The notes under the pieces: model-generated
Told to the model about the DNA's origin: nothing
Database searches by the model: none
Seen by the model: the letters and a program-made list of their open reading frames with translations, nothing else
Program-made: the position numbers and the translations under genes
Origin: Eledone cirrhosa
Taxonomy: Eukaryota
Direction of reading: 5' to 3'
NCBI GenBank assembly: GCA_964016885.1
Contig: OZ024742.1
Location: forward strand, 353,214,001 to 353,278,000
Length of the DNA stretch: 64,000 nucleotides
Shown: one piece after another, positions 39,090 to 52,600 of the stretch
Layout of the letters: each line of letters opens with the position of its first letter
Numbering within the stretch: the stretch's first letter is position 1

Positions 39090-42000
39090 TAAATAAATAA
39101 ATAAATAAACAAACTAAATAAAGATGGCGTAGGATACAATACAACAGGAGGAAACAATAGCACTACTGACGATATTGCTGATGTGCAACGAAAGAACTTT
39201 GTTAGACTATATATATGTGTTTGTGTCTATATTATATCCGTATTGTTTATCGTTGGTCAGTCAATGGAAACATTGAGGACCGAATAAATTAAATTAACCG
39301 ATATAAAATACACAGAAGCGAAATCCATACAAAAAGTCAGTGTGTTCTGTTATTAATTCTGGCAATATTATTACATAAATATGACCCTCCCTCAGCATAT
39401 CAATATATATATTATATATATATATAGTAATAATAATAAATGTGAAGACTAAAATCCAAAGAGGGCACGATAACGATAAAAATATATCAAACATATAATA
39501 ACCGTAGAGCAAATATTTATTAAAATAACAGATTAAAGTTTAAGCAAAGAATCGGTGCTTTCACACTTAACCGGATCTTGTGAAACGCATATTGTTGATG
39601 TTTTCCGTATGACTGATGTAGAACTATCGGAAGAATTTACCAATGACCACACAGTAAATATTTATGGGAACCCTTTATTCAGTGAAGAAGAACAACACAT
39701 CCTGCAGCTTCCATCAATATTTGCCATCTACAAAAAGATTAACCCTATCGAGTGCAAAACGGAAATGGAAAAGTGTTTCACAAAAATAGGTTGAAATGCA
39801 AAAGTAAACAACAACAACAACTATACGGACAACAACAACAATAATAACGATAGTAGTAATATAAACAATAACTCTGAGTATAGAAATAACAGCTATAATA
39901 GTAATAGTCATAACAATAGCAATAGCAGGAGAGTGAGAAATAGTAATAATGGTAATACTATTAACGATACACAAAACAACAACAACAACCACAATACTAA
40001 TAATAATAGAAACATTAACTACAGACACAGCAGCAGCAGCCACAGTAGTGATAATGGTAATAATACGAGTAAGGACAACAACAACCACAGTGGTAATAAT
40101 AGAAATAGTACATGTAGCAGCATTAATGATAGGCACAACAACAACAAAACAAGAAACATAATAAAAGTAACAACCACAATGGTAGAAATAACAGTAACAA
40201 CAACAATTACGGTGGAGAAAACAACAACAATACATCTAACAATCACAACAACAATACATCTAGCAATCATAACAATAATAATAATGCTAATGATAGGAAC
40301 AAAAACAACCACCATAATAACAATAATAGCAACACACATAACTATGACGATAAATATAATTGTTTCTACGTTAGGCACAAGGCCAGCAATTAGCCAGTGC
40401 ATTACTGGTACTTTATTTTATCGACCCCGTAAGGATGAAAGGCAAAGTCAATCTCGACGGGATTTGAACTCAGATCGTAAAGGGACGTAACTATGTTGGA
40501 AAGCAAGGCGTCCGACCCTCTACCGATACTGCCAATCCACCATGACGATAGAGAAAATGACAACCCTTAGAGAAACTATTCTTCAATCCAGCTGACAAAT
40601 CATATAAGATGGATAATATATATCTTACGAGGTTACCCTTTAATAAAAGGGTTTGCATACCACAACAAATAGATGACGAGACAGAGGCACAGTTTACCAT
40701 ATCTAGAAATAAGATTAGACAAATAGTAGACTGGTTACTAAGAGACAGAGCAGACCACAGGTCCAACAACTTGGGAGGAAACCTGTTGAAGGCTTGGTTA
40801 GCCTCAGGCAGCGCACAAGTGATGGTGATGTAGTATGTCTACCCACGGATAAGTCTGGTAGGATATCAATAGACAGCATGCCGAACTACATCAAGGTTAT
40901 GCAACACCACATCGCCAACACGAGCGGAATTGCACAGCAAAAACATGATGGGAGAGAGAAATTCCTCAAAGCTAACATGATGATGTGGACCGACATCCTA
41001 AAGCCAAGTAGACGCACTGCCAACAACTTCCAGGCGTCTAACAATGGCATACCACACTTGTATGGGCTCCGCAAATACCACAAGACAGTCGACGACCCGA
41101 CAACAGGATCACCAACAAGACCTTTATGCGGAGCAAATATAGGTAGCAACTACAGGATCTCCTCCTCCTCTCAATGGTTATACGCCCCATAATCAAGATG
41201 TCCCCACATGTATGTGACAGTACAGAGGACCTCCTCAGCAGAATCAGTGAGTGCAACAAAAATAGGAACCTATCCAACTGCATAATAGGCAGCATGGATG
41301 TTGTATCACTGTACCCATCCATTAACATTGATTTTGCTGTGGAAAAATATGTGGGTGTGATCATTGAGGGGGAGATGGAGTTCTGCGACGTCGACATAGA
41401 CGAACTGGGCCTCCTGCTTAGACTTACCTACGAAACTGACTACCTAGATAGCCATGACCATAGACGTTTCTGCCCCAGTACACCTATAAGTGGTAGACAC
41501 CGCACCATAACCTCAATGGCAAAAAGAATCCCATGGGAAGGTGGATTGGGTGGACCAAAGCTATACGGACCCCCCAAAACAATGATCAGGTCAGAAAAAT
41601 GGTCGCACATGCAAAGGCGCTAGTATCAAAACTACCCTAAAGGGCCGCATATTCAATTTCAATGAGAAGATCTACACCCAAAATGAGGGAGCAGCCACAT
41701 GCGTCAAGATAGCTGGTGACGTTGCCAAACTTTTTATTGTATAGGGGGAAAGGAAACTCAAAGATCTCCTTGATGAGAGCTCCATAGAACTCGTCATGTA
41801 CTCTCGTGACGTAGACGACATCAATATAGTATTAAGGACATCTTCACAAGAGAGCACTAACAAGTCTGATTTAGAACGTAGCACAATGGAAAGCATCCAG
41901 CAGATAGCTAATTCCATACACCAGAGTATAACTGTAACTATCGACTACCCTTCCAAAAACCCTAACATAGACTACCTGTACTAGGCACGGAACTCTGGAT

Positions 42001-42831
42001 TAACACTATAGACGAGAGAGTCCAAATTCTCCACTCACACTATGCTAACTCCATGGCTTCCAAATACATGATACTCAAAAACTCAGCAATGTCCAGTAGT
42101 CCTAAGTTTAATATTCTGATCGCAGATTTGGTACGAGTGATGACGAACGTGTCCCGCATGTGCGACCCAACAGAAATGGAAAGACACATCCAACACTTCC
42201 TCAACCGCATGCAGTTCTCTGGCTACAACCAAAGAGACAGAATCAGAGTATACGAAGGAGTCACGGAGAAGTATAAGACCCTCATAGAACTGGACATGAA
42301 AGGAATTTGCCCATTATGCAGGAGAAAATCATGGAATAGCTTAGATAGGACTAGACATAAGATAGGGAAAGCCACCTCATGGTACGCAACCATAGTAACT
42401 AGACACTAGTAAACTAAGATAGAATACAATAACTAATACAGAGTCACCCAAACACGAACACGCATCAAAAAAACACTATACACACACGCAAGCGCATGCG
42501 CAGAGAAGACAAAAATAAATAAATAAATAAACAGACTAAATAAAGCTGGCGTAGGCATACAATACAACGAGAGGAAACATAATAGCACCACTTACCGTGT
42601 TGCATACATGCAACGAAAGAACTTTGTTTGACGATATATATGTGTTTGTCTCTTTATTATATCTGTATTGTTGACCTTTGGTCAGTCAATGGTAACCTTG
42701 AGGAACGACAAAAATTAAATTGACTGATATAAATGACGCAGAATCTAAAACCAACCAAACAGTGAGTGTGTTCTGTTATTAATTCTGTTATTAATTCTGG
42801 AAATACTATTACACAAATATGATCCTCCCAT
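39090..42831 (+). mobile_element. Penelope-like element 3 with ~320-bp direct terminal repeats, a heavily decayed RT and an internal SINE
   Basis: 39090-39410 resembles 42514-42831. RT motifs TDKSGR, LYGLRKYHK, SMDVVSLYPSI and YSRDVDD. No GIY-YIG is visible. Confidence 0.75.
40360..40522 (-). mobile_element. tRNA-derived SINE inserted in PLE3
   Basis: Same sequence family as the SINE at 20338-20521. Confidence 0.8.
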
Positions 42832-42856
42832 ATATATATATATATATATATATTTA

Positions 42857-42947
<91 letters not shown>

Positions 42948-43075
42948 GAGTTAAACAAGATGCAATGAGTACATCAAAGAATGAGTTTTAGAGTAGATTG
43001 AAGCACTCTACAATGAAAAAATTTTCCAGAGTTATTAAAATACAAATATTAATAAAATAGATGTTCTTTTGATCA

Positions 43076-43138
43076 ATTACATTTTATTATGCATATTTCA
43101 GCGGTACAACAGTACGTCCTCATCAGACAAAATATAAT
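43076..43138 (-). ncRNA. Type I hammerhead-like motif
   Basis: ATTATATTTTGT-CTGATGA-ggacGTAC tgtt GTACcgct-GAAA-tatgca-TA-ATAAAATGTAAT. Stem I is 12 bp including GU pairs. Stem II is imperfect. Confidence 0.65.
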
Positions 43139-44226
43139 GATACATGACATACCTTGAGATGTTAAAATGTTAAGATTTAATCAAGGTTGTGATTAAGCCA
43201 TGAGAAAACTCAATATTTATACCCTAATAATGAGAAAATGCGAAAACGTAATAAATTCAATAGAGAATGTGTGAGTAAGAAATACGTTGCTAAATGTAAC
43301 AGTTATAGATATTTTAAAATGTACGATACTAGAAGTTATGTTTATCGAGGAAGACATCTCTGGAATTATAATTTTATTACAGTCCATGAAGGCAACTGAT
43401 AGATGCTTAAAGAGAGGAAAAGATAAAGGGGAGTAATTCATGCTGAACAACATGTTTTCCCCTTAAAGACTATACGGTTAAGTTTTAAAATATTTAATTT
43501 ATGTTATTTACGGGTGAAGAATAAAGATTTTGAGTTTTTAAAAGTTGGTGATTATTTATATTTATTAATTTTATAAATTTAATAAATTATTTTTATAAGC
43601 GTTAGATTTCTAAAATTCTGAATTTAATGAAAATGAAGTTAAATGATTTACTTGGCACGCGAAAGGAAAATATACACTGTTGAATTTTTACTTAAAATAT
43701 ATTCTTTCACAAAAAATTACCTGTAAGAGTGTCAACATTTTCGCTATGTAAATCTCATGAAGTACTTATTGTTAGAAATTTCGAAAAATGTATTGTCAAG
43801 TAGATCAAGTGTATAAAGTGTAATGATTAACGCATTATGTGTACAATTATCGTAATAAATTAATATTTATTATATTATATTAAATATTATATCTCTATAT
43901 TAGTTCTACCTTCATGGGAGGAAAGAATATTGTACAATATATCTATATTTGCACAAACTATATATACCGTTAAACCGAAACGGTAATAATGATTAAGTTA
44001 TTGTATACTATAGATATAGATGCAAAAATGAAACAAACACGGATATACGTGACTAATAATATGATTATGTTATTATTGAATATACACATAATTGCAAAAA
44101 AAAAAAAAAATAGATATAGAGAGATATACTAAGTATTAATGAGACAGCATTAATGAGAGAGCCTCTCTTTCTTATTCATTATATTTTTGTTTTCGAAATC
44201 CACATTCAATAAAAACACCAGGTGTT

Positions 44227-44286
44227 TTTCATTCTGATGACTGAAAGCAGATTTGTTTGCTTTCAAGAAACCACTGGTAAATGAAA
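44227..44286 (+). ncRNA. Type I hammerhead ribozyme
   Basis: TTTCATT-CTGATGA-cTGAAAGCAGA tttg TTTGCTTTCAa-GAAA-CCAcTGG-TA-AATGAAA. Confidence 0.85.
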
Positions 44287-44311
44287 TAATTATTTTATGT
44301 TGTTTATTACA

Positions 44312-44362
<51 letters not shown>

Positions 44363-44366
<4 letters not shown>

Positions 44367-44575
44367 TTAATATAGATGAAATTCTACAGGACTAGAACTG
44401 TTTCATTCATTTGAAATCATCAGGAATCACTGATGATCACAGAGATTCCTGATGATTTCAAATGAATGAAACAGTTCTAGTCCTGTAGAATCTCATCTAT
44501 ATTAAAACTGTTATACTCTGCTATGTATTGAGTACCTTACTTACTGTGGTTACCTCCGATTCAACCCGGAATAAC

Positions 44576-44577
<2 letters not shown>
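44363..44577 (+). mobile_element. Fold-back mini element with divergent HHRs on both strands
   Basis: 66-bp arms at 44363-44428 and 44444-44509. The plus-strand HHR at 44442-44494 reads GAGATTC-CTGATGA-tTTCA aa TGAAt-GAAA-CAG..CTG-TA-GAATCTC, with a mirror copy on the minus strand. Confidence 0.8.
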
Positions 44578-44622
<45 letters not shown>

Positions 44623-45198
44623 ATTAAAATAACATTAAATTTTAAGCAAAGAATCGCTGCTTTCACTCTTAACGAGATCTTCTGAAACTAACAAAGTCAA
44701 TCTGTGAACGCAGAAGTGAATATTTCAAAAAACGTTGCAACCGGAGGAAGACAGGAAGACGATCCTTTGGTTCGTGGAAACGTTCCCTGGCAAGGAACGG
44801 GAAAAAAACGAATTTAATACGTCATTATTTGGAGGGGTGAAAAACAATTACATACAAAGACAAAACCACGTTTATGGTATAAAAGAAGTCGTAGACTAAT
44901 ATTCTATTAGATGGTTCATAGAGACATTCTCTGGCAATGAACAGAAAAAGCGAAGATAATACGTCATATGTGGAACGTGGACAACAATTGCACGCAAAGA
45001 CAAAACGACGTAAATGGTAGAGCAGAAATCGTAGACTAAAATTCTAACTAGGAAACCGAATTATTCTCCGCTCCAGGGTTAAGAATAAAGTAAATAAAAT
45101 ACAGAGGTAATTGAAATTAAATAAATACATACACGCATCCATATACGTACATACACAAGTATACACGAAAACACGAAGTACACATATACACACACCCA

Positions 45199-45306
<108 letters not shown>

Positions 45307-45545
45307 GTATTTCTATATAAAGGGTAAATGAAGGGAGAGTGGTCTATGTATGCTACAGAGCTATTTAAATATGTAATAAAGAAGACAATACAATTAGTCC
45401 GTAACAATTTATCATCCTTATTAAATTTTCTTTTTTGATTCGCGATTCCAGACGCTTCTGTTGGGCTCACCTGTCTTCCTGAAACCTTGGGTAAATGGAA
45501 TAATGGTATTGTGTTGTTTATCACACACACAGGCACACAAATATA

Positions 45546-45577
<32 letters not shown>

Positions 45578-45688
45578 ATGTAGGAGCTGAGTTTTATTGT
45601 AGTACAATAAAACAATGCAGATATCGGATAAGAAGCACTCTACAGTATAAACAATGCAGATATCGGATAAGAAGCACTGGAGTATAAA

Positions 45689-46017
45689 TAATATATGAGA
45701 TCAAAAGATGGTTAGAAGAGTTCCATGTATTTTATTATGCGCATTTCAAAAACGAATATCATCATGCAATAACATTTGCGTTTTCGTCAGATAAAATAGG
45801 GAGACATGATATGAAGGTTACAACACACTTGTGAATAGTGCAGTTTTAAATCAACATATGTTGATTTAAAACTGCACTATTCACAAGTGTGTTGTAACCT
45901 TCATATCATGTCTCCCTATTTTATCTGACGAAAACGCAAATGTTATTGCATGATGATATTTGTTTTAGAAATGCGCATATTAAAATACATGGAACTCTTT
46001 TAACCATATTTTGATCT

Positions 46018-46026
<9 letters not shown>
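45689..46026. mobile_element. Spacer-less palindrome (two 169-bp arms) with one HHR per arm
   Basis: Centre at 45857/45858. HHRs at 45728-45798 (-) and 45917-45987 (+). The minus copy reads TATTTTAT-CTGACGA-..-GAAA-TGCGCA-TA-ATAAAATA. Confidence 0.85.
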
Positions 46027-46080
<54 letters not shown>

Positions 46081-46589
46081 AAGGTCTATAGATTTGAGTT
46101 AAAGGTCTATAGATTTTTCCATGGATTTTACTAAATTCTGTGGATGAATTTGTATCCTGATTCTCTTTTGAGATGAGTTTGAATTATTTTTCCTAAATCT
46201 TTCGTTAACTACTTTTCCCATCTTGACGTTATAGTCGCATATATGTTATAGAATGCCGTTAGCTTCTTGCTAAAACAATCTCTATACGTCTCATTTATAT
46301 TTATACTCGGATTCTTTTCCTAGAGTGCTTAAACTATCTGTGACTAATCCCGGTTTTTTTCATAAAAACTGTGATAATTATTGCTATTTTGCTGAACTCC
46401 TTGTAGAGTTTTTTTCAGAATGTATTTGACTGCTATTTCTTGTAAATAAACATTCACTTCCATCCTGACGTCACTAGCCCCGTTTTTTCCTCATGTGCTT
46501 TTTCATAAATACACATGAAGGCGAACTAGCCAGTTTTAGAATTCCCTTTTTCGGACTATATTACTGTGAGAGCCCTGGTTTTCTGTTGA

Positions 46590-46671
46590 GCTCTGCTGAT
46601 GAATGATATGCCAACCGTGACCATCTCCACTGAAAGTTTTCATGAAATAGTCTTTTAAGACTATACAGAGC
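46590..46671 (+). ncRNA. Type I hammerhead ribozyme (629-bp unit 1)
   Basis: GCTCTG-CTGATGA-ATGA...TCAT-GAAA-TAGTCTT tt AAGACTA-TA-CAGAGC. Confidence 0.88.
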
Positions 46672-47218
46672 ATTTGATGTTATTCCAAATTGAAGGATAA
46701 GTGTTTCAAACTTTGTTTTATCATGAGTTAAAGGTCTATAGATTTTTCCATGGATTTTACTAAATTCTGTGGATGAATTTGTATCCTGATTCTCTTTTGA
46801 GATGAGTTTGAGTTATTTTTCCTAAATCTTTCGTTAACTACTTTTCCCATCTTGACGTTATAGTCGCATATATGTTATAGAATGCCGTTAGCTTCTTGCT
46901 AAAACAATCTCTATACGTCTCATTTATATTTATACTCGGATTCTTTTCCTAGAGTGCTTAAACTATCTGTGACTAATCCCGGTTTTTTTCATAAAAACTG
47001 TGATAATTATTGCTATTTTGCTGAACTCCTTGTAGAGTTTTTTTCAGAATGTATTTGACTGCTATTTCTTGTAAATAAACATTCACTTCCATCCTGACGT
47101 CACTAGCCCCGTTTTTTCCTCATGTGCTTTTTCATAAATACACATGAAGGCGAACTAGCCAGTTTTAGAATTCCCTTTTTCGGACTATATTACTGTGAGA
47201 GCCCTGGTTTTCTGTTGA

Positions 47219-47300
47219 GCTCTGCTGATGAATGATATGCCAACCGTGACCATCTCCACTGAAAGTTTTCATGAAATAGTCTTTTAAGACTATACAGAGC
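47219..47300 (+). ncRNA. Type I hammerhead ribozyme (629-bp unit 2)
   Basis: Identical motif, offset by 629 bp. Confidence 0.88.
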
Positions 47301-47550
47301 ATTTGATGTTATTCCAAATTGAAGGATAAGTGTTTCAAACTTTGTTTTATCATGAGTTAAAGGTCTATAGATTTTTCCATGGATTTTACTAAATTCTGTG
47401 GATGAATTTGTATCCTGATTCTCTTTTGAGATGAGTTTGAGTTATTTTTCCTAAATCTTTCGTTAACTACTTTTCCCATCTTGACGTTATAGTCGCATAT
47501 ATGTTATAGAATGCCGTTAGCTTCTTGCTAAAACAATCTCTATACGTCTC

Positions 47551-47591
<41 letters not shown>

Positions 47592-49624
47592 TATTTCTTT
47601 ATATATATACATTCGTACTTTTATAACTTCCATCACAATGAATGAGGATTTTGAATATTTAAATGTATGTGGTCACCTGATCAAATTATGAAATTTAGTG
47701 TGGTGAGGCAAGCAGTGTTCATTATATTGTTAACTCACAGTAATTTTATCTTTTGTAATGTAGATATTGAAATCTTAAACTTGTTAGCATCCTACTATAC
47801 AACATCTCTGAAATCACTGATCTCTTGAGAAATTCACACTGAATTGTTATTAGCTTTCTTACACATGTTCGTTGTCCAGAAGTATGAGGGAAGTTATTCC
47901 ATATGTTCATCAAACATATCCAACATTTCAACATTTGAACTAATGTAAAGTGCGTCCAGTTAACAATTTTTGGCTAGGGAATCGGTAATGTTACCTTTGC
48001 CGAACACTAGATTTGCTGCTGATGTTGCCTCCGGTGCTGTTTTCTTTTCAGCTTCTGATCATGATTAAGTGTGTACATATTGAAACCCAACTAGGAATGA
48101 TCTAAGCAATCATTCTTTACACCAGAATGTATGTGTTAAACAGGAAACGTTAAATTCGGCCCTGAAATCTCGAAATAAATGCTATTTTAGCAACTAAGTG
48201 TGAGTGTTTTTCGAGAAACACACAAATGCATAACAGGTCCAAACACAGAAGAACCAAACTTCCAATGCCATTGTGCACTTAGTGAATGTAATAGAGATTT
48301 ATATAGAAACATATACATTGCCTTACATATGAATACAGATATGAAATTCGTGGGTAGTGTTTCAATCTGTGATTATGCCGTAGCTAACTCAGTAATCGTA
48401 TGTAATACTTCAGAGCACTCATACGCGTATACGAGGTTGCTGTGACGTGAACGTGTCTTTTTTCTCATCACAACAGCATATATTTATATTCAATGCACTG
48501 CATCACGTTGTGTCATATCTGCTTTTTATTAACAACAATCCCTCAAGTCCAAACTATATTCAAATTAGAATCTATATATAAGTCATTAGTTGTGTTAAAA
48601 CTGTATTGAGTGAGACCACTACTTACATTAACCCTCTGACAAAACGGCTGAATCAAACTTGTAACTAGATGCGACTGTATTCCATTAATCAAATTTAATA
48701 TCAACCATTCACTGGGGTTATTAAAGAATAAAACCATTCAAGCTATTCTATGCAAGTAGAAACTGATGTGACTCAGACACGCGCCTCTCGTTAACGTTCT
48801 AACAAATTAGAAGCGACATTACCGATTATATAAGCATTCGTATAGCACATAAGATGAGAATATTATGTAAAGGGAACCCTTCTCAAAATAAATATACTTC
48901 TCATATTGGAGAATATAATATCTGCGTTAGTTTTGCAATACACATAATAGATAACTAAATAGTTTATTATTTTTAAACTTCAACAGAATGTAAACTGGTA
49001 ATAGACATCTCCATTCATTCTGCATTAATTTAAATGTTCCTTCTTGACATTTTGTTTGCTTCAATTTCTCTTTTACTCTCTCTTTCTCATTTCCTCATTC
49101 TTCTATCTCCTTCCCACACACTTCATGTAGTTTACATAATATACCATCACTTGCTTCTCGAGTATGTTTACAGAAATAATTAATTATATCAACATTTAGA
49201 TATTTGTAAACGAAATTGTTGATTTGCTTGCTGTTGACTCGACATTTAACAACAAAATGAAGTGCTGAAGTAAAAAATAAGATTGGTTTCCTCATATTTA
49301 AGAATAACCTCACCTGTCCACTTAATGAAACATTTCAGATATTGAGATAAACTTCACACTGATAATTGTTCTACCGGGAAATGTTCGAATTCCTCATGAA
49401 ATTATATTACTATCCATAATCAATATTTGAATTGAATATTGTTTAAAGAAATTTAAATTTACGGATAGATTTTATCGAGCGAAATATGATTCCATTAAAA
49501 TTTACAATTTACAAATAAGAAAATCATGCTATTTATTATCAATGATAATGTGAAATTAATTGATATTATTTTCATCATCATCATCATCGTCATCACCATT
49601 GTTATTATTATTATTATTATTATT

Positions 49625-52600
49625 GCATTTATCTTGCTTTATGTTCATACGAGTTATCACCATGTCACAACCAGTGTCCTCAAGAGACAAGGTGCGCCAT
49701 GTTCAAGAAAGAACATACATACACACACATGCCTCTTAAGGTGTCTAGACTTGCGATGTACTTATATTGACAGAATCTTCCTTAGTATATGGGCAGTTCC
49801 CATTAGTACTATCTTTTATATTTCTCCTATACGCGGGTTTCCTGGGATTTGCAATAAGTAATCATTAGACCCCTTAGGTATCATTTCTAGAGCGCCTACA
49901 ACCACTGGTATTGTTTTAGTTCTCAATTTCCACATTTTTCCAATTTCTATCTCCAGGTCCTTATACTTGCTCAATTTTTCAAATGTTTTTATAGATGCAG
50001 TCTTGTCTATTGGAACGGACATATCAATTAGCAGGCATACCGTCTTTTTAAAGTCCTTCAATATTATATCAGGTCTATTTGCATCTATTTTTCGGTCTGT
50101 TTGGATGCTAAAGTTCCACAAGATTGAGATGTGATCTTTTTCAAGTATGGGTGGTGGTTTAGGCTCCCACCAATTCTTTTCATGGGGCAGGTCAAAATGC
50201 TTATACATTATCCAATGTATGTGTTGTGCAGTTCTGCCATGCCTGTTTAGGTATTCGTTTGGAGCTATAGGACTGCACATTGAATTTATATGGTCAATGG
50301 TCTCTGGTTGTTTTTTACATACACGGCATAATGGGCTGCATCCATTTTTTATTATGTTGGCTTTGTAATTTTTTGTTTGCAGACACTGATCTTGTGCTGA
50401 TATAATCAGCCCTTCAGTCTCCGATTTCAGTCCAGAGGATGCCACTACTGAGGGATTAAAGTTTTGTCAACATCAGGATTGTTAGCTCTTTCTGGGTATT
50501 TTCCATACAGAGGCTTTTCTTGCCATTTCTTAGCCAGTTTCTGTAGCAGTTCTGTCTTTGTAGTTACTTTTACCTGCTTTCTTTTTTTCTGTGTTTTCCA
50601 TTTCAGCAGTAAATGGGACTTCTGAAATGTGTAGTCCATTACAGTATCTTTGTGCATCTTTTGTAATGGAGTAGGATATTTTGATGGTTTCGTGTTTCAA
50701 AACGAGTTTGATCATCCAACCATGTGATTCCCTTAGACATGTAGATAATCCAATTGTTGCAGTTTTCAACACAATGTCTAACTGGAATAACCCACATCCT
50801 CCTTCTTTCCTAGGGAGATATATTATATGTGTATCCGCCTTAGGGTGATGCATGGTGAAGAATTTTCGAATGTTTGTATCAAGCCTACGGATCTCTGTGC
50901 TTGACCAGTTGATGACATTGTAACTGTAGGTTACTAACTGGTATGGCAAGCGTGTTTATGGAATCGATGCTATTCCTTGCATTCAATTCCGTTCTTAAGA
51001 TTGCTCTTACTCTGCGGTAACATTCCTTCCTTACCCTTTCCCTCATTGTCGAGTGCTTGATTCCGTCTCCTTCACAAACACCTAGATATTTGTAAGTTTC
51101 CTCTTGATCAAGTTCTCTTATCACATTCCCTCGATCAAGATTAATGTCTGAAATGTTCAGCAGCTTTCCTCTGGTGAACGTTGCTTTGGCGCATTTATCT
51201 AGTCCAAACTCCATTTTAATGTCATCACTGAACTGCTCCTCAGTGGATAATAGCCCTTGCAATTGTTCATCATATTTTGGAAATAGTTTCAGGTCATCCA
51301 TGTAGAACAAGTGATTAATGGTTTTGTCATAGACTTTATATCCATGTTTTGTTTCATTGAGCATTTTACTTAATGGTATAAGTGCGATGCAGAATAAAAG
51401 CGGTGAGAAAGAGTCACCCTGAAAAATTCCACAATTAATATTAACTTCTCCAGCTTCCAGTGATTTTGTTTAACTATTCAGAAGGAGTGTCGTTTTCCAT
51501 GTCTTCATACTGAATGACAAGAACCTCCTTTACAACGGGAGATATTTTGAAAATCTCTAAACCTTTTTCAATCCAACTGTGTGGCAAACTATCGAATGCT
51601 TTTTTATAATCTATCCAAGCAATTGATAGATTTCTGTGTCTATTATGACTATCTTCTAGTATCATTTTGTTAACCAAAAGCTGATCCTTACAGTCATATG
51701 AGCCTCGTTTACACCCTCTCTGCTCATTGGGAAATAGGTCATTTGTTATGACGTGGTCATATGTATATTCAGTTAGGACTGATGTTAACATTTTATACAT
51801 TGTGGTCAAGCAAGTTATCGGGCTGTAATTTTTGGGATTGTTTGTCTCATCATTCTTCGGAAGCAGGAATGTAATGCCGTTAACTAGCCATGATGGTATC
51901 TTTTCTGGCTCCTTAACTATTTCATTGTAAAGTTGGCCTAACAGCTCATGAGACTCTGTGAAGGCATTTATCCAAACATTTTGTATTTTGTCTTTTCCTG
52001 GGGATTACCATTTGCTGGTCTTTCTAAGAGCTCAACGCAACTGTTCAACTGTTATATTTCCCTTAATTGTTCCTCAAGGTGAGCTGTATCCTTCATTTGT
52101 CTGTCTATCCATGGGGCATGTATATTATGAACTTGTTCTTCGGCTCAGATCTTTTCCCAGAGTTCTTGCACTTGGGTGGTATTGATTTAGCAGTTATTGT
52201 TGACTTAACAATTTGTCTGTAGAAGTTTCTTTAGTTTTTTTTTTACATATTATTGTCCTTATAGAATCTAGATCGTTTTTCAAAGCGCCTTATACGAGCA
52301 GCTTTGGCCGACACTTTTTGCTTGATTATTTCTATCAGCATGTCTATGTCACTTGTTGATTTTATACTGTACTTTCTTTTCAATTTTCTAAGTTTAGTTT
52401 GTTTAAGATGTTCACCTACTTTATAGTTTGTTAAAATGTCTATGTCAGATCGGAGAAGGTTTATTTGGCGATTGATGTTCCCCTTGCCAAGTAGATTTCT
52501 TGTAGGAATTCCTTTGTTTTTTTGATTTTCACTCCACATAAGTGAGTGGTGACTTTAGCCGATGCATAATAGAGATGATTTAAATCAGTAATGTTTAGTT

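Larger units (their letters stand above)
46076..47554 (+). mobile_element. ORF-less 629-bp tandem repeat (~2.3 units); retrozyme/pLTR-type element
   Basis: Units start at 46096, 46725 and 47354 and are almost identical. Flanked by (TA)n. One HHR per full unit. Confidence 0.85.

Noticed and set aside
35039-39100. Many long ORFs rich in YI/CV/HT, here and around other microsatellites
   Set aside because: They are translations of (TA)n, (TG)n and (CA)n tracts that lack stop codons, not genes.
47600-49500. Possible decayed DNA transposase or host exons
   Set aside because: I could not read a convincing motif, terminal repeats or exon structure by eye. BLASTX would be needed.
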